A stretch of DNA of 62,186 bases, filler included. It is 9 parts of 9 records of this genome, joined end to end, with 100 filler letters (N's around TTAATTAATTAA, not from the genome) between each part and the next. Parts side by side here need not be neighbours in the genome. Positions count along the whole stretch, not along the records: positions 1 to 6,261 come from SRR31147125_46002; positions 6,362 to 13,819 come from SRR31147125_46136; 7 more parts are not named here. One strand, 5' to 3'. Under the pieces are notes generated by a model that saw only the letters and a program-made list of their open reading frames with translations, searched no databases and was not told the DNA's origin. Numbering within the stretch: the stretch's first letter is position 1; each line of letters starts with the position of its first letter. The position numbers and the translations under genes were made by a program. Shown here in pieces: positions 1 through 9,741 of the stretch.

Positions 1-150
1 CTTCCCGATCGATTCATCGAGCATGGATCGGCATCGAAGTTGCGATCATCATGCGGTCTCGATGTGCAATCCGTCATCGATACCGTACGGGAGTTATTTG
101 AACAACATGCGCCACAAAAAAACATCAGCGTGCTTGTCCAGCACCAATAA
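1..150 (+). CDS. dxs: 1-deoxy-D-xylulose-5-phosphate synthase, C-terminal fragment
   Basis: Frame 1 reads LPDRFIEHGSASKLRSSCGLD...QHQ*, the typical DXS C-terminal PDRFIEHG motif; dxs-tlyA is a common gene order. Confidence 0.85.
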   Translation, partial: LPDRFIEHGSASKLRSSCGLDVQSVIDTVRELFEQHAPQKNISVLVQHQ

Positions 151-161
151 GCCCTTCCGGT

Positions 162-911
162 ATGCCCGATAAACAACGTCTGGATACGCTATTGGTTGAC
201 ACCGGGCTGATTGCCAGTCGCACCAAGGCCAAGGCAATGGTGATGGCCGGAAAGATATTTGTGGACGGAGAGCGCATCGACAAGCCCGGAACGATGATTC
301 CCATCGATGCGTCCATCGACGTTAAGGGTGACGATATCCCCTACGTGAGCCGCGGTGGCCTGAAGCTGGCAACGGCCATAGAATCATTGTCACTTTGTCT
401 GGACCAGTGGGTGTGCCTTGATGTGGGCGCCTCTACCGGTGGATTTACCGACTGCATGCTTCAAAAGGGGGCCAGCCGCGTCTATGCAGTAGATGTCGGA
501 TACGGCCAGTTGGCCTGGTCGCTGCGCCGAGACCCACGCGTGATCCCTGTAGAACGCACCAATATTCGACACATGCCGATTGATCGCATACCCGAACCGG
601 TCGATCTTGTCACCATTGATGCCTCTTTTATCTCATTAAAAATTGTTGTGCCGGTCGTACTGAAATTTTTGAAACCGAATGGGCGCATCCTGGCATTGAT
701 TAAGCCCCAGTTCGAAGTCGGCCGAGGCCAGGTCGGAAAAGGCGGTGTCGTCAAGAACCCGAAGCTCCACGAGGCGGTCATCCAAGAGCTGACCGAGTTC
801 TTTATAAATCAAGGTTTTATATGTGGCCCTGTTGTGCCGTCGCCCATTCTTGGCCCTAAGGGAAACAGGGAATTTATCATTCTCCTTACCGCAAGTGATT
901 CTGTTTTATAA
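162..911 (+). CDS. tlyA: TlyA family rRNA 2'-O-methyltransferase (S4 + FtsJ-like)
   Basis: RLDTLLV S4 start, YVSRGGLKL, DVGASTGGFTD, LIKPQFE and GPKGNREF motifs. Confidence 0.95.
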   Translation: MPDKQRLDTLLVDTGLIASRTKAKAMVMAGKIFVDGERIDKPGTMIPIDASIDVKGDDIPYVSRGGLKLATAIESLSLCLDQWVCLDVGASTGGFTDCMLQKGASRVYAVDVGYGQLAWSLRRDPRVIPVERTNIRHMPIDRIPEPVDLVTIDASFISLKIVVPVVLKFLKPNGRILALIKPQFEVGRGQVGKGGVVKNPKLHEAVIQELTEFFINQGFICGPVVPSPILGPKGNREFIILLTASDSVL

Positions 912-937
912 TCAAGGTTTTTTGCCCTTGATTTTTT
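910..937 (+). terminator. Possible intrinsic terminator after tlyA
   Basis: AATCAAGG (910-917) / CCTTGATT (926-933) stem followed by Ts; overlaps a TTGATT that could instead be a -35 for fusA. Confidence 0.35.
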
Positions 938-1159
938 ATGGTTGCCTGTATATCAATAAAAATTTTAATGGCGCGTAGGAAAACGCATTCCGTACTGCCG
1001 GCTGGGAACCATTCGCAACGGCACAACAGTGCAACGCATTGAGATGACAACCTTTTTGTGTTTACAGCGGAAAAGGTTGAAAGATACCAGCATTCAGTTG
1101 CGCGCATCGGTAACAAAACCCCCACATTTATACTTAGAGAGGAGCAAGAGTGATCGCAA

Positions 1160-3227
1160 ATGGCAGATAAGCTGAGAAACATCGCCCTTGTCGCCCATGG
1201 TGGTGCGGGCAAAACATCGATTGCAGAGGCTATACTGTTCAAAACGGGTGTCACAACCCGGCAAGGTCGTACCGAAGATGGCAATACCTTCATGGATTTC
1301 GAGCCTGAGGAGCTGAAGCGTCAGACGAGTATCAGCACCAGTTTTGCTCAAATTCCCTGGAAGAAGCACGCCATCACCATCATCGACACGCCGGGCGACC
1401 AGAACTTCTTCACCGACACGAAGCTGTGTATGCAGGCGGCAGATGCTGTGATCGTGGTGGTTGACGCCGTGGACGGTGTCAAGGTTCAGACAGAGCAGGC
1501 TTTTGATTTTGCAAAAGATTTCAACCAGCCAGCCGCCATTTTCATCAATAAGTTGGATCGAGAGCGTGCCGACTTTCAACGCGCCTTTCAGGATGCTGTG
1601 GAATCCTTCGAAGCACCCAAACCAATTGTCATACAGCTGCCGATCGGTGCCGAGGATGAGTTTATAGGGGTTGTCGATCTCGTTGCGATGAAGGCCTATA
1701 TCTACGACGATAAGGGCAATGCAAATGCAGCGGACATTCCCGATGATATGAAAGATCAAGCCGAAACCGAACGAGAGGCGATGATTGAAAATATCGCTGA
1801 GGCGGATGACGCCCTGATCGAAAAGTATCTCGAAGGTGAAACGATCAGCGATGACGAGATCAAAGCGACGTTGCGAAAAGGTGTTCTCTCACGCACATTC
1901 GTTCCGGTGCTCTGCGGTTCAGCCACCAAAAGCATCGGGATGGATCTTTTAATGGACTTCACACTCAGCTGCCTCCCTCCCTCTGGACTCATCGCCGCGA
2001 AAGTGCACCAATATAGGGGACAATAGCGAAGGTGAATGCGCCCCCGATCCTGAAGCCCCATTCTCCGCCTTTGTCTTCAAGACTGTTGCCGATCCATATG
2101 CCGGCCGCCTCTCTATCTTTCGCGTCGTGAGCGGAACGATGGGTGGTGACGGTACCTTCTACAATGCTACGAAAGAGACCAAAGAGCGATATAATCAACT
2201 GCTGACCATTATGGGCAAAGAGCAGAAACCGGTCAATCAAGCCGGTCCCGGATCCATTGTAGCAGTTGCCAAACTCAAAGAGACCACCACTGGAGATACG
2301 CTGTGCGCGGACAACAATAAGGTGGTGTTCGAATTGGCCTCTTCCATTCCGACCCTCATTACCTTTGCGCTTGAGCCCAAATCAAAAGGGGATGAAGATA
2401 AAATTTTCTCGTCTCTTAACAAGCTTCTTGAAGAAGATCAGGGCCTTAAGATTGATCGTAATTCAGAGACCAAAGAGATACTTCTTTCGGGATCGGGACA
2501 AGTCCATATTGAGGCGACCATTGAAAAGCTGAAACGCAAATACAACGTGGAGGTTAATCTCAAGCCGCCCAAGGTACCGTACCGTGAGACCTTCAAGAAA
2601 AAGGTCCGTGTGCAGGGACGCCATAAAAAGCAAACCGGCGGCCATGGACAATTTGGCGACTGCTGGATCCAATTGGAGCCCATGCCTCGCGGCGGTGGAT
2701 TTGAGTTTGTCGATGCCATTGTCGGCGGTGTGATTCCTAAAACCTATATCCCGGCTGTGGAAAAAGGGATTATCGAATCATCCAAAAAGGGCGTTTTGGC
2801 CGGATTCCTGACGGTCGACTTTAAAGTGACCCTGGATGACGGTTCCTACCATGCCGTAGACAGCTCTGAAATGGCCTTTAAGGTTGCCGGCAGCCTGGCC
2901 TTTAAGAAAGCGGCCGAAGAGGCGAAGCCCGTCCTGCTTGAACCGATCATGAAGGTGAAGATCACCACACCTGATGAATTCATGGGGGACATCATGGGTG
3001 ATTTGAATGGAAGACGCGGACGCGTACTCGGTATGGACAGCGCCGGCAAGTACCAGGTAATCAATGCCGAGGTCCCAATGGCCGAGTTCCTCACCTACGC
3101 ACCGGATCTGCGCTCCATGACAGGTGGCCGCGGCATCTTTTCCATGGAGTTCGAGCGTTACGACGAAGTGCCTGCCCAAATTGCAGACAAACTGTTAGCC
3201 GAACTTAAAAGCGCCGAAGAGGAGTAA
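1160..3227 (+). CDS. fusA: Elongation factor G, EF-G2-type paralogue (one frameshift near 1972-1982, likely sequencing error)
   Basis: AHGGAGKTS, DTPG, NKLD in ORF 1160-2026; domains II-V (GQVHIE, HKKQTGGHGQFG, DGSYHAVDSSEMAF, LRSMTGGRG) in ORF 2127-3227. Adding one C to each of two C-runs restores the conserved LPSPLD and joins the frames. Confidence 0.93.
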
Positions 3228-3263
3228 CGTAGCAAATCAAGCTTAAATTTCTGTATAGACCAT

Positions 3264-3302
3264 GAGCCGAAACGCTGCCACATGCGCTTCGGCTCTTTTT
3301 TT
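3264..3302 (+). terminator. Intrinsic terminator of fusA
   Basis: GAGCCGAA (3264-3271) / TTCGGCTC (3288-3295) stem followed by T7. Confidence 0.75.
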
Positions 3303-3363
3303 GAAGGCAAAATTTTCGCCGGCAATGGCAGGGCCAGGGCAGCGACAGGCATGCCGTCAACCA

Positions 3364-4461
3364 CTACGACCTGAGGCCGCAATGGCGTTCAGCGCTATCC
3401 TCAAGCATGGCCGGCAAGCCGCCTTTTGATTGAGGCGTGAACCCAAGGCATGCCTCCCACACCTGGTCGTCCTCCATACAGAAGTAGATTGTGACACCAG
3501 GTGCGTGCTCTCTGATCTTATTGACCAGCTTTTGATACACCTTGATGCGCAGCGGCTTAAAATAGCGCATTTTTCCGTCGAGACCGGGAACGAATTCACC
3601 ATAGATAATATCGGATTCAGGAAAACGCTGCCGCACGACCGCCTGCAGGGCCGGCATGAAACGAAATGTTCCCATGCTGATCCAGACGATCTCATCTGCA
3701 GGTATGGTGTCGAAAAGTGTTTCGATCACCTTAAAATATTCAGTTTCCCACTCCGGATAGATAAATATCGGATCGAAATGAAACGCAAGGGGGTACCCCT
3801 CGCCGCTACAGGACGATGCGGCCCTGAGGCGGGCCTTGAGCGATGCGGTACCGCGCTCTTGATTGGCAATGATGCGAGCCGTGTTCAACGACCACGACAC
3901 AATGGTCTTCTTTTGATGGTCGAGCCCCCTTAAACGCTCAATCGCAGTGGTTTTGGTCTTTAGCTCCAGAATCGAATTGTCCTGTCGCGCAAAGCGTTCA
4001 ACCAGTCGTGGGGTAAGATTGGACCATGGCTCCCAAATGAGGCTATCGGTATACTCGCCTGTGCCGATACGCAACCTTTCCGGCTGTGCCAAGGTGTGAT
4101 CGAGTTCGTTTATCAGCCTGTCATGGTTGATGAAATACTGAAGCAGCGGTGGATGAAAATAGGTCTGTAGAATGCAGTAGGCACAGTCCATGGTGCAATA
4201 AGTACCGATGTTCAATATCTGATAGTCACAACAAGTGTACTCCTTTGTGCCGGGACATTTTCGAATGAAGGGCCCTTGATTATGTGTCAAAAGAAGCATC
4301 TGTTTGCCTTTTTGACAAGGATCCTGATCTTGCTTGATGATATCGAATAATTGCTGGCGACCATCTACAATTGAGGGCTCCAGCTTCAATCGGTGTACAA
4401 ACTGATCGACAAGCGGGGAATGTGCCACCGAAATGTCTACAAAGAGTTGGTTAATTAGCAT
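3364..4461 (-). CDS. Spore photoproduct lyase-like radical SAM protein
   Basis: CTMDCAYC radical SAM motif, RIGTGEYTDSL, LELKTK, SWSLN and FHFDPI segments typical of the SplB-like family. Confidence 0.85.
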   Translation of the reverse strand: MLINQLFVDISVAHSPLVDQFVHRLKLEPSIVDGRQQLFDIIKQDQDPCQKGKQMLLLTHNQGPFIRKCPGTKEYTCCDYQILNIGTYCTMDCAYCILQTYFHPPLLQYFINHDRLINELDHTLAQPERLRIGTGEYTDSLIWEPWSNLTPRLVERFARQDNSILELKTKTTAIERLRGLDHQKKTIVSWSLNTARIIANQERGTASLKARLRAASSCSGEGYPLAFHFDPIFIYPEWETEYFKVIETLFDTIPADEIVWISMGTFRFMPALQAVVRQRFPESDIIYGEFVPGLDGKMRYFKPLRIKVYQKLVNKIREHAPGVTIYFCMEDDQVWEACLGFTPQSKGGLPAMLEDSAERHCGLRS

Positions 4462-4533
4462 AATGATCGATTGCCTGTATCTACGGAGAGTCTTATTGGG
4501 GATCGATGATATAGGTTGGTAAACGGTTTTGTT

Positions 4534-4728
4534 CTATTTGAAATGCAATATCAGAGGCAATAGAATGATCAGCGCAATGATAAGCAGTCCCGGCAGTGAC
4601 AAGTAGATCGCATACCAGGGCTTTCCGGTATTTTTTAATCTTTGGGCCTCTTTGAGATACCAGTTGCCGAGGAGCGCTGCCGCCGCCAATATGCAAATCA
4701 GTTGGATGATCGTTTTTACAATATCCAT
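4534..4728 (-). CDS. Small two-TM hypothetical membrane protein
   Basis: 64 aa, two hydrophobic segments around KPWYAIYLSLPG; co-oriented with its neighbours. Confidence 0.65.
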   Translation of the reverse strand: MDIVKTIIQLICILAAAALLGNWYLKEAQRLKNTGKPWYAIYLSLPGLLIIALIILLPLILHFK

Positions 4729-4743
4729 TACTTGGCTTGCCCC

Positions 4744-5085
4744 CTACCCTTTTAAAAGAAGTGCCATACGCAGAGTAGTGTGGCGGTCGTCCTGCCAAGG
4801 CCAGAATTTGGCGATGACCGTACCTTCTTCAAACTCCTTTTCGAAAAGGGTCTGTTCAATCCTTATGCCGCCGGTGTTTGAGGTAAGTTCCAGGTCTTTG
4901 GCGCTTGGCATTTTCCCCTGGGGTTTGACAGGCAGGCCAAGTGCATCTGAAAGAATCTTATACCAGGACGACAAATCGCTGTTTAAAAAGACCAGATCAA
5001 CGAATTCGTCGGTGACACATCTTTCTTCAGTTACATTCAGGTGACCGAATTTGCTTATAATTTTCTTTAGTGGCATCGTCGGCAA
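4744..5085 (-). CDS. Hypothetical protein
   Basis: 113 aa ORF, natural composition, GGIRIEQTLF...AKFWPWQD; 15 bp from the next gene. Confidence 0.7.
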   Translation of the reverse strand: MPTMPLKKIISKFGHLNVTEERCVTDEFVDLVFLNSDLSSWYKILSDALGLPVKPQGKMPSAKDLELTSNTGGIRIEQTLFEKEFEEGTVIAKFWPWQDDRHTTLRMALLLKG

Positions 5086-5301
5086 TCCATCATTCTTTGA
5101 TCGTCAAGGGCATTTGCACAGCACAACCCTTTTTAGGGAGGGGGCTCAAATCACCAACGACTATAAAGAAAAGGATAGCCGAGTGTCAAAGAAATTCCAT
5201 GATCCCCTTTTTTGTACCGTTTCACGTGAAAACACATTTTGTAGTATTTACAAGCAGAAGACCCCACAACCCGTAGGTTTGCTCTCTTTTTGCTTATACC
5301 A

Positions 5302-5760
5302 TCAATCCGATGTGAGCGATATCCGCGCAATACGATCTGCAATAAATCCAAAAAAACCCTTCCCCGAACTATTAACAAAATACCACCCTATGTGGGTCAG
5401 GCATGACGAGCAGATGATAATCCGCCAAGTGTGGCCTGAGAACCAGGTAAATTCTTCAGAGGAGGGACCGATAAAGCTGAACCCTTGAGCATTGGAGAAA
5501 CATTTAATATCAAACACTATACCGCTCGGGTTGGCGAAGGTGTGCTCGTGTCGGCCCTGAATATTGAGTTGAAATCCGGGTTGAGTTATTTGCTGGCGAC
5601 ACTGTTTACAAACGTACCACTGTTCTTCTTTGCTTTCGTGGGATAAGGGGGTGGACTCGGCATTCTCTTTTGGAACATGGGATGCCGGCGGCGTGTCGGT
5701 TTTAAAGAATAGCATCGACTCGGTACCTGCTGTGGGCCGAATCACTGCGTAGCTCATCAA
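5302..5760 (-). CDS. Bacterial cereblon-family protein (CULT / thalidomide-binding domain)
   Basis: Two Zn CxxC pairs (CKQC, CSSC), HTFANPSG, EFTWFSGHTW and HIGWYF provide the three cage tryptophans. True start uncertain. Confidence 0.9.
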   Translation of the reverse strand: MMSYAVIRPTAGTESMLFFKTDTPPASHVPKENAESTPLSHESKEEQWYVCKQCRQQITQPGFQLNIQGRHEHTFANPSGIVFDIKCFSNAQGFSFIGPSSEEFTWFSGHTWRIIICSSCLTHIGWYFVNSSGKGFFGFIADRIARISLTSD

Positions 5761-5805
5761 TGTCTCGACGGTTAATCTGCTTTATTGCTCTCAAGAACCA
5801 AAAAG

Positions 5806-6087
5806 CTATCCAGCGTAATCGACTCTCTCTTTGAGCTCCTTGCCGCAGCGGAAGAATGGCAGCTTCTTTGGTTTAACCTGAACTGGATCGCCAGTTTTTG
5901 GATTCCGCCCTGTATACGATTTGTAGCTCTTTACAAATATACTTCCAAAGCCGCGAATTTCCACTCTTTCGCCTTTGGAGAGTGCATCGGCCATAGTGTC
6001 AAAAAATGTATCTACAATAATTTCAGACTGTTGTCTGGTAAAACCATTTTGGTTTTTCAGCTCATTGACAAGATCTGCTTTGTTCAT
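5806..6087 (-). CDS. ihfB: Integration host factor beta subunit
   Basis: MNKADL..., GERVEIRGFGS, GRNPKTG, PFFRCGKELKERV; GGAG RBS upstream. Confidence 0.9.
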   Translation of the reverse strand: MNKADLVNELKNQNGFTRQQSEIIVDTFFDTMADALSKGERVEIRGFGSIFVKSYKSYTGRNPKTGDPVQVKPKKLPFFRCGKELKERVDYAG

Positions 6088-6214
6088 TTCTCCCTCCTTA
6101 ATTCAATTAAATCAGTATCATATAGATACTTGAATCGCTTGTCAACAATGGTTGTCATCTTTTGTGTCGGTTCATGCTGCATTACAGCTTTTGCGGGGAT
6201 TTATATGTTTTGGA

Positions 6215-6261
6215 TGGTGCCTGGAGCCGGAATCGAACCGGCACGAAGTTAAACTTCGAGG
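6215..6261 (-). tRNA. tRNA, 3' half only, probably tRNA-Leu (cut by contig end)
   Basis: Reverse complement CCTCGAAGTTTAACTTCGTGCCGGTTCGATTCCGGCTCCAGGCACCA: long variable arm, T-arm GTTCGATTC, discriminator A and CCA. Anticodon not in the window. Confidence 0.8.
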
Positions 6262-6361
6262 NNNNNNNNNNNNNNNNNNNNNNNNNNNNNNNNNNNNNNN
6301 NNNNNTTAATTAATTAANNNNNNNNNNNNNNNNNNNNNNNNNNNNNNNNNNNNNNNNNNNN
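6262..6361. other. Artificial contig spacer N44-TTAATTAATTAA-N44
   Basis: Same 100-bp six-frame-stop linker also at 13820-13919, 20120-20219, 25587-25686, 38023-38122, 46233-46332, 51407-51506 and 56647-56746. Confidence 0.99.
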
Positions 6362-7755
6362 CCCTCATTTGTATACCTTTTCCACGCTCTACGATCTTTT
6401 CTCTAAAACCTCCGACGCATTGACCCCAAAAAATATCGGCCGGTTGGAACAGTGGCGTCAGGAAAAGACGCTTTCGGACTATTGCAAAGATACCGGGGAT
6501 GCATTCGAAAAAGAGCTCCATCACATGATTTTCAACCGCTATCATGCGATCATGCTTGACAATCCCATTGCCCGGTTGAAAATACTGGCAGATGGAGCAA
6601 GGAAGAGAAGTCGCATGTTCAGGGGATTACTTTCAGCTAATCTTTCCAAAGCATCCACTGCGTCATCTCAACTAAACCGTATCCAGGCCCGATCCAGCCA
6701 GTTCGAGTCGTTGATGGATACCTCCATTGATAACGCGTTGAAACGCATCCGGCAGGACGCATCCGCAGCCATTCATGACTTTTTCGACACCCGCAGGGGA
6801 AATGAAGCGGTAGGCATCAAGCGGTTTATTATGGAGTATGATATTTACAGCGATCGATATGAAGAGATGATCGCCGTTTTCGGATTTCAGCACGCACTTT
6901 ACACCATGTTCCAGGATTTCAGATCGGAACTCGATCGATTCATGGCCACACAATTTACTCCAGTGGTGGCGGAATTTGTCCGGGAACAGGAGCTGCAGAT
7001 TGCATCCGTCTTCCACGCTCTCTATCAATCTTGCTATATGGATCCTTCGGTTGTTTATGGTGAGGGGGGAGGGGGATGAAGACGGTAGGGAAGCATCCGT
7101 CTTAAATGGTGAAGAACATCGCATTGCGCCGAACGCCCCAACAATGGATTTAGACGTACCATTCTCCATATCCGCCGCATCAACCGCTGCGAAGACGCCA
7201 TCTTCAGCTTCGAAAGCCACGGCTTTGGATTCCTCTTTATCACCCCACCGAATCAACGGATCTCCAGTGGATTTGGACGCTGCCAAGAGAATTCTGGGGC
7301 TGCAATTTCCCAGGATTTCCTTTGCTGCCGGCTACAGTGCAAAAATTAAAGCGGATGCCATGGCACGGCTTGGTTTTTACACCGTCATGGAGGTGTTCGG
7401 GAAACTGATGAAACTGCTGGTCCGCCCGGCCCGTGCTACGACACTGCGTGAGGCATCAAAACGGATGCGAAAAGAGACGCTCCGATCCGTGGAAAATTAT
7501 TTTTCAGTCTATCGAGATCTTGTGGAAGAGGAATATCTCTTTCCACTGCTTCAAGCCACAGCAAGGGATTTCAGGGATAAGCTGATGGAGATGTTCCAGA
7601 TGTGCAAACTGGAAAGTCGTCAAATTGAGACCATGATTTCAAATGACCAGTCAGAGAAAAAGAGTCGACTGGAAGCGCTCGATGCATTGGACAGACTGCT
7701 GGTATCCATCTTGAAACGGGTGGATGGGCTCTCTTCTGCTAACCACGGTGTTTAA
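6362..7755 (+). CDS. Large helical protein, C-terminal part, possibly bacterial dynamin-like; frameshift in G-runs near 7064-7075
   Basis: ORFs 6369-7079 and 6976-7755 overlap at GAGGGGGGAGGGGG; long amphipathic helices. The opening HLYTFSTLYDLF resembles the end of a dynamin-like GTPase domain, but no P-loop is in the window. Confidence 0.45.
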
Positions 7756-7768
7756 ACTCGGAGGATGA

Positions 7769-8754
7769 ATGACAATGATGGTGGATAAAATTATTTCAGG
7801 GGGGCAGACCGGAGCGGATCGTGCCGCCCTGGATACCGCCATCAAATTCAATATCCTCCACGGGGGCTTTGTACCGGCTGCTCGATTGGCAGAGGACGGC
7901 CCCATTTCAACTGCATATCGGCTTCAAGAGATGGAGAGCCCGGACTACCCGGCGAGAACGATTCGAAATGTGGAAGAGGCCGACGCCACAGTGATCATTG
8001 CCAGGGGAGAACTAAAAGGCGGGACCCTGCTGACCATTCAGGCGGCACAGGATCGGAAAAAACCCTGGTGTCATCTTGATCTGCTCTCCATGGACGAGTT
8101 TGAAGCGGCCATGCTGCTCCATGATTTCATTGGAGAGGGCGAGGGAAGGATATCCGTCCTCAATGTGGCCGGCCCCAGAGCCAGTCAGGATCCCTTTATC
8201 TATCGATCCGTTAAAACCATTCTGGAGGCATTCCTTTTTATGGCCATGACGGAAAGCGGCGCGTTGGATCTGCCGGACATAGACGGGCGACCCTTTGAAA
8301 GCTATGTCTGGGAGATGCTATTATCTTCGAGTGCTTCAGCAGAAGGCTTTCAAAATACCATAGATCAAAGCGGCATTTCCGGCGGCAAAGCGTGCGCCAC
8401 CCTTCACGAGGCCGTACGATTTTTAACAAAACGCCTGCCTTTAAGATTACGCTCACTCATTGCCAATCTTCCTGATCGGGATATCGCAGCCCTCTATTTC
8501 TCCATGCGAGAGCCACTCAATGCCGTTCTGGGAATGGATGACGGGAACACGGCCCTTTACGACTCATGTCGAAAAAAATGGTGAATGATGCTGCTCTCCA
8601 CTCAAAAAATCGTGGAAGCAAGTGTAGGTCGGCAGACAGTCTGGAACTTCAATTCCCTCAGGATCATATGGATATCGAGGATGTCGTGATGCTGATCATC
8701 AAAGCCCTCAGGATGCACCTTAGACAAGATCATCTGTTAAGGCGTATAAAATGA
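7769..8754 (+). CDS. 'Putative molybdenum carrier' / circularly permuted YpsA SLOG protein with C-terminal extension; frameshift at A7 8572-8578
   Basis: KIISGGQTGADRAALD, YPARTIRNVEEADAT and VLNVAGPRAS; the continuation ORF 8566-8754 ends in an ATGA overlap with the next gene. Confidence 0.85.
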
Positions 8755-9728
8755 TACCGATTCGAGATACCATACGCTCCCGAACCATTCCCGTAGTCAC
8801 CTACATCATCATGGGGATTAACACCCTCGTTTTTCTGGGCCAGACCACCATGGGCTCGAATTTGGATCCCTTTCTCTACCTTTATGGATTTGTCCCAGCC
8901 AAGTACACGGTCCCCCATGTGTCTGCTTATTTTTCGTTTTTCAATCAACTGTTCTCCATTCTGTCGTATATGTTCCTCCATGGCGGGCTTTGGCATTTTC
9001 TCGGGAATATGTGGTTTTTGTATATCTTTGGGGACAATGTGGAGGAGCATTTCGGCTCCCTTCGATTTGCAGGCTTCTATTTACTGGGCGGCATGGCGTC
9101 GGCCTTTCTCCATTTTTTATTAAATCCCACGTCAGCGGTTCCCACCATCGGGGCCAGTGGTGCCATTGCCGGAGTGATGGGGGCATATTTCATTCTCTAT
9201 CCCGGTGCCAAAATTCTGACTTTAATCCCCATCATTATCATTCCCTGGTTCATTGAAATACCGGCCTTTCTCTTTCTGGGCATCTGGTTCATCATGCAGT
9301 TTTACAATGCCACAGGAAGTAGTGGCGCTTCCGGAATTGCCTGGTGGGCCCATGTGGGAGGATTCATCGCAGGGATCGTGATGGTGAAACTGGGAAGTAA
9401 ACTTCCCAGAACCGGTGCCGATGATAGACTGAAAACATTAACCGCACGGAAGAAGAGTCCCGGCCTTCAAATTATCCAGCCCGACCACCAGTCGGACACC
9501 CTTGATCTCAATGGTCACATTGAAATTACGGCACTGGAAGCCATGTCCGGTACCAGAAAACTTGTCAATATTCCTTGGGGATTTTACAAACGGCTCTATC
9601 GGATCTCCGTACCCGCCGGAGTTCATAGCGGGACAAGACTACGCCTGGCCGGGATGGGAAAGGCGGGAACCGACGGATTACGGGGAGATTTGTACTTGAC
9701 CGTAGAGGTCAAAGATACTGTTTTTTGA
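8751..9728 (+). CDS. Rhomboid intramembrane serine protease with C-terminal DnaJ_C-like domain
   Basis: MFLHGGLWHFLGNMWFL, catalytic GASG and WAHVGGF; tail ITALEAMSG...VPAGVHSGTRLRLAGMG...GDLYLTV. Confidence 0.92.
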   Translation: MIPIRDTIRSRTIPVVTYIIMGINTLVFLGQTTMGSNLDPFLYLYGFVPAKYTVPHVSAYFSFFNQLFSILSYMFLHGGLWHFLGNMWFLYIFGDNVEEHFGSLRFAGFYLLGGMASAFLHFLLNPTSAVPTIGASGAIAGVMGAYFILYPGAKILTLIPIIIIPWFIEIPAFLFLGIWFIMQFYNATGSSGASGIAWWAHVGGFIAGIVMVKLGSKLPRTGADDRLKTLTARKKSPGLQIIQPDHQSDTLDLNGHIEITALEAMSGTRKLVNIPWGFYKRLYRISVPAGVHSGTRLRLAGMGKAGTDGLRGDLYLTVEVKDTVF

Positions 9729-9741
9729 TCAGGAGGTGGGC

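Noticed and set aside
1094-3179. Several minus-strand ORFs over fusA
   Set aside because: Antisense shadows of a well-supported gene.
1160-3227. fusA as a pseudogene or programmed frameshift
   Set aside because: Two single-C losses in adjacent C-runs explain it exactly; same error class throughout the window.
6087-6261. Prophage or island integrated at the tRNA 3' end
   Set aside because: No integrase or att duplication; downstream genes look chromosomal.
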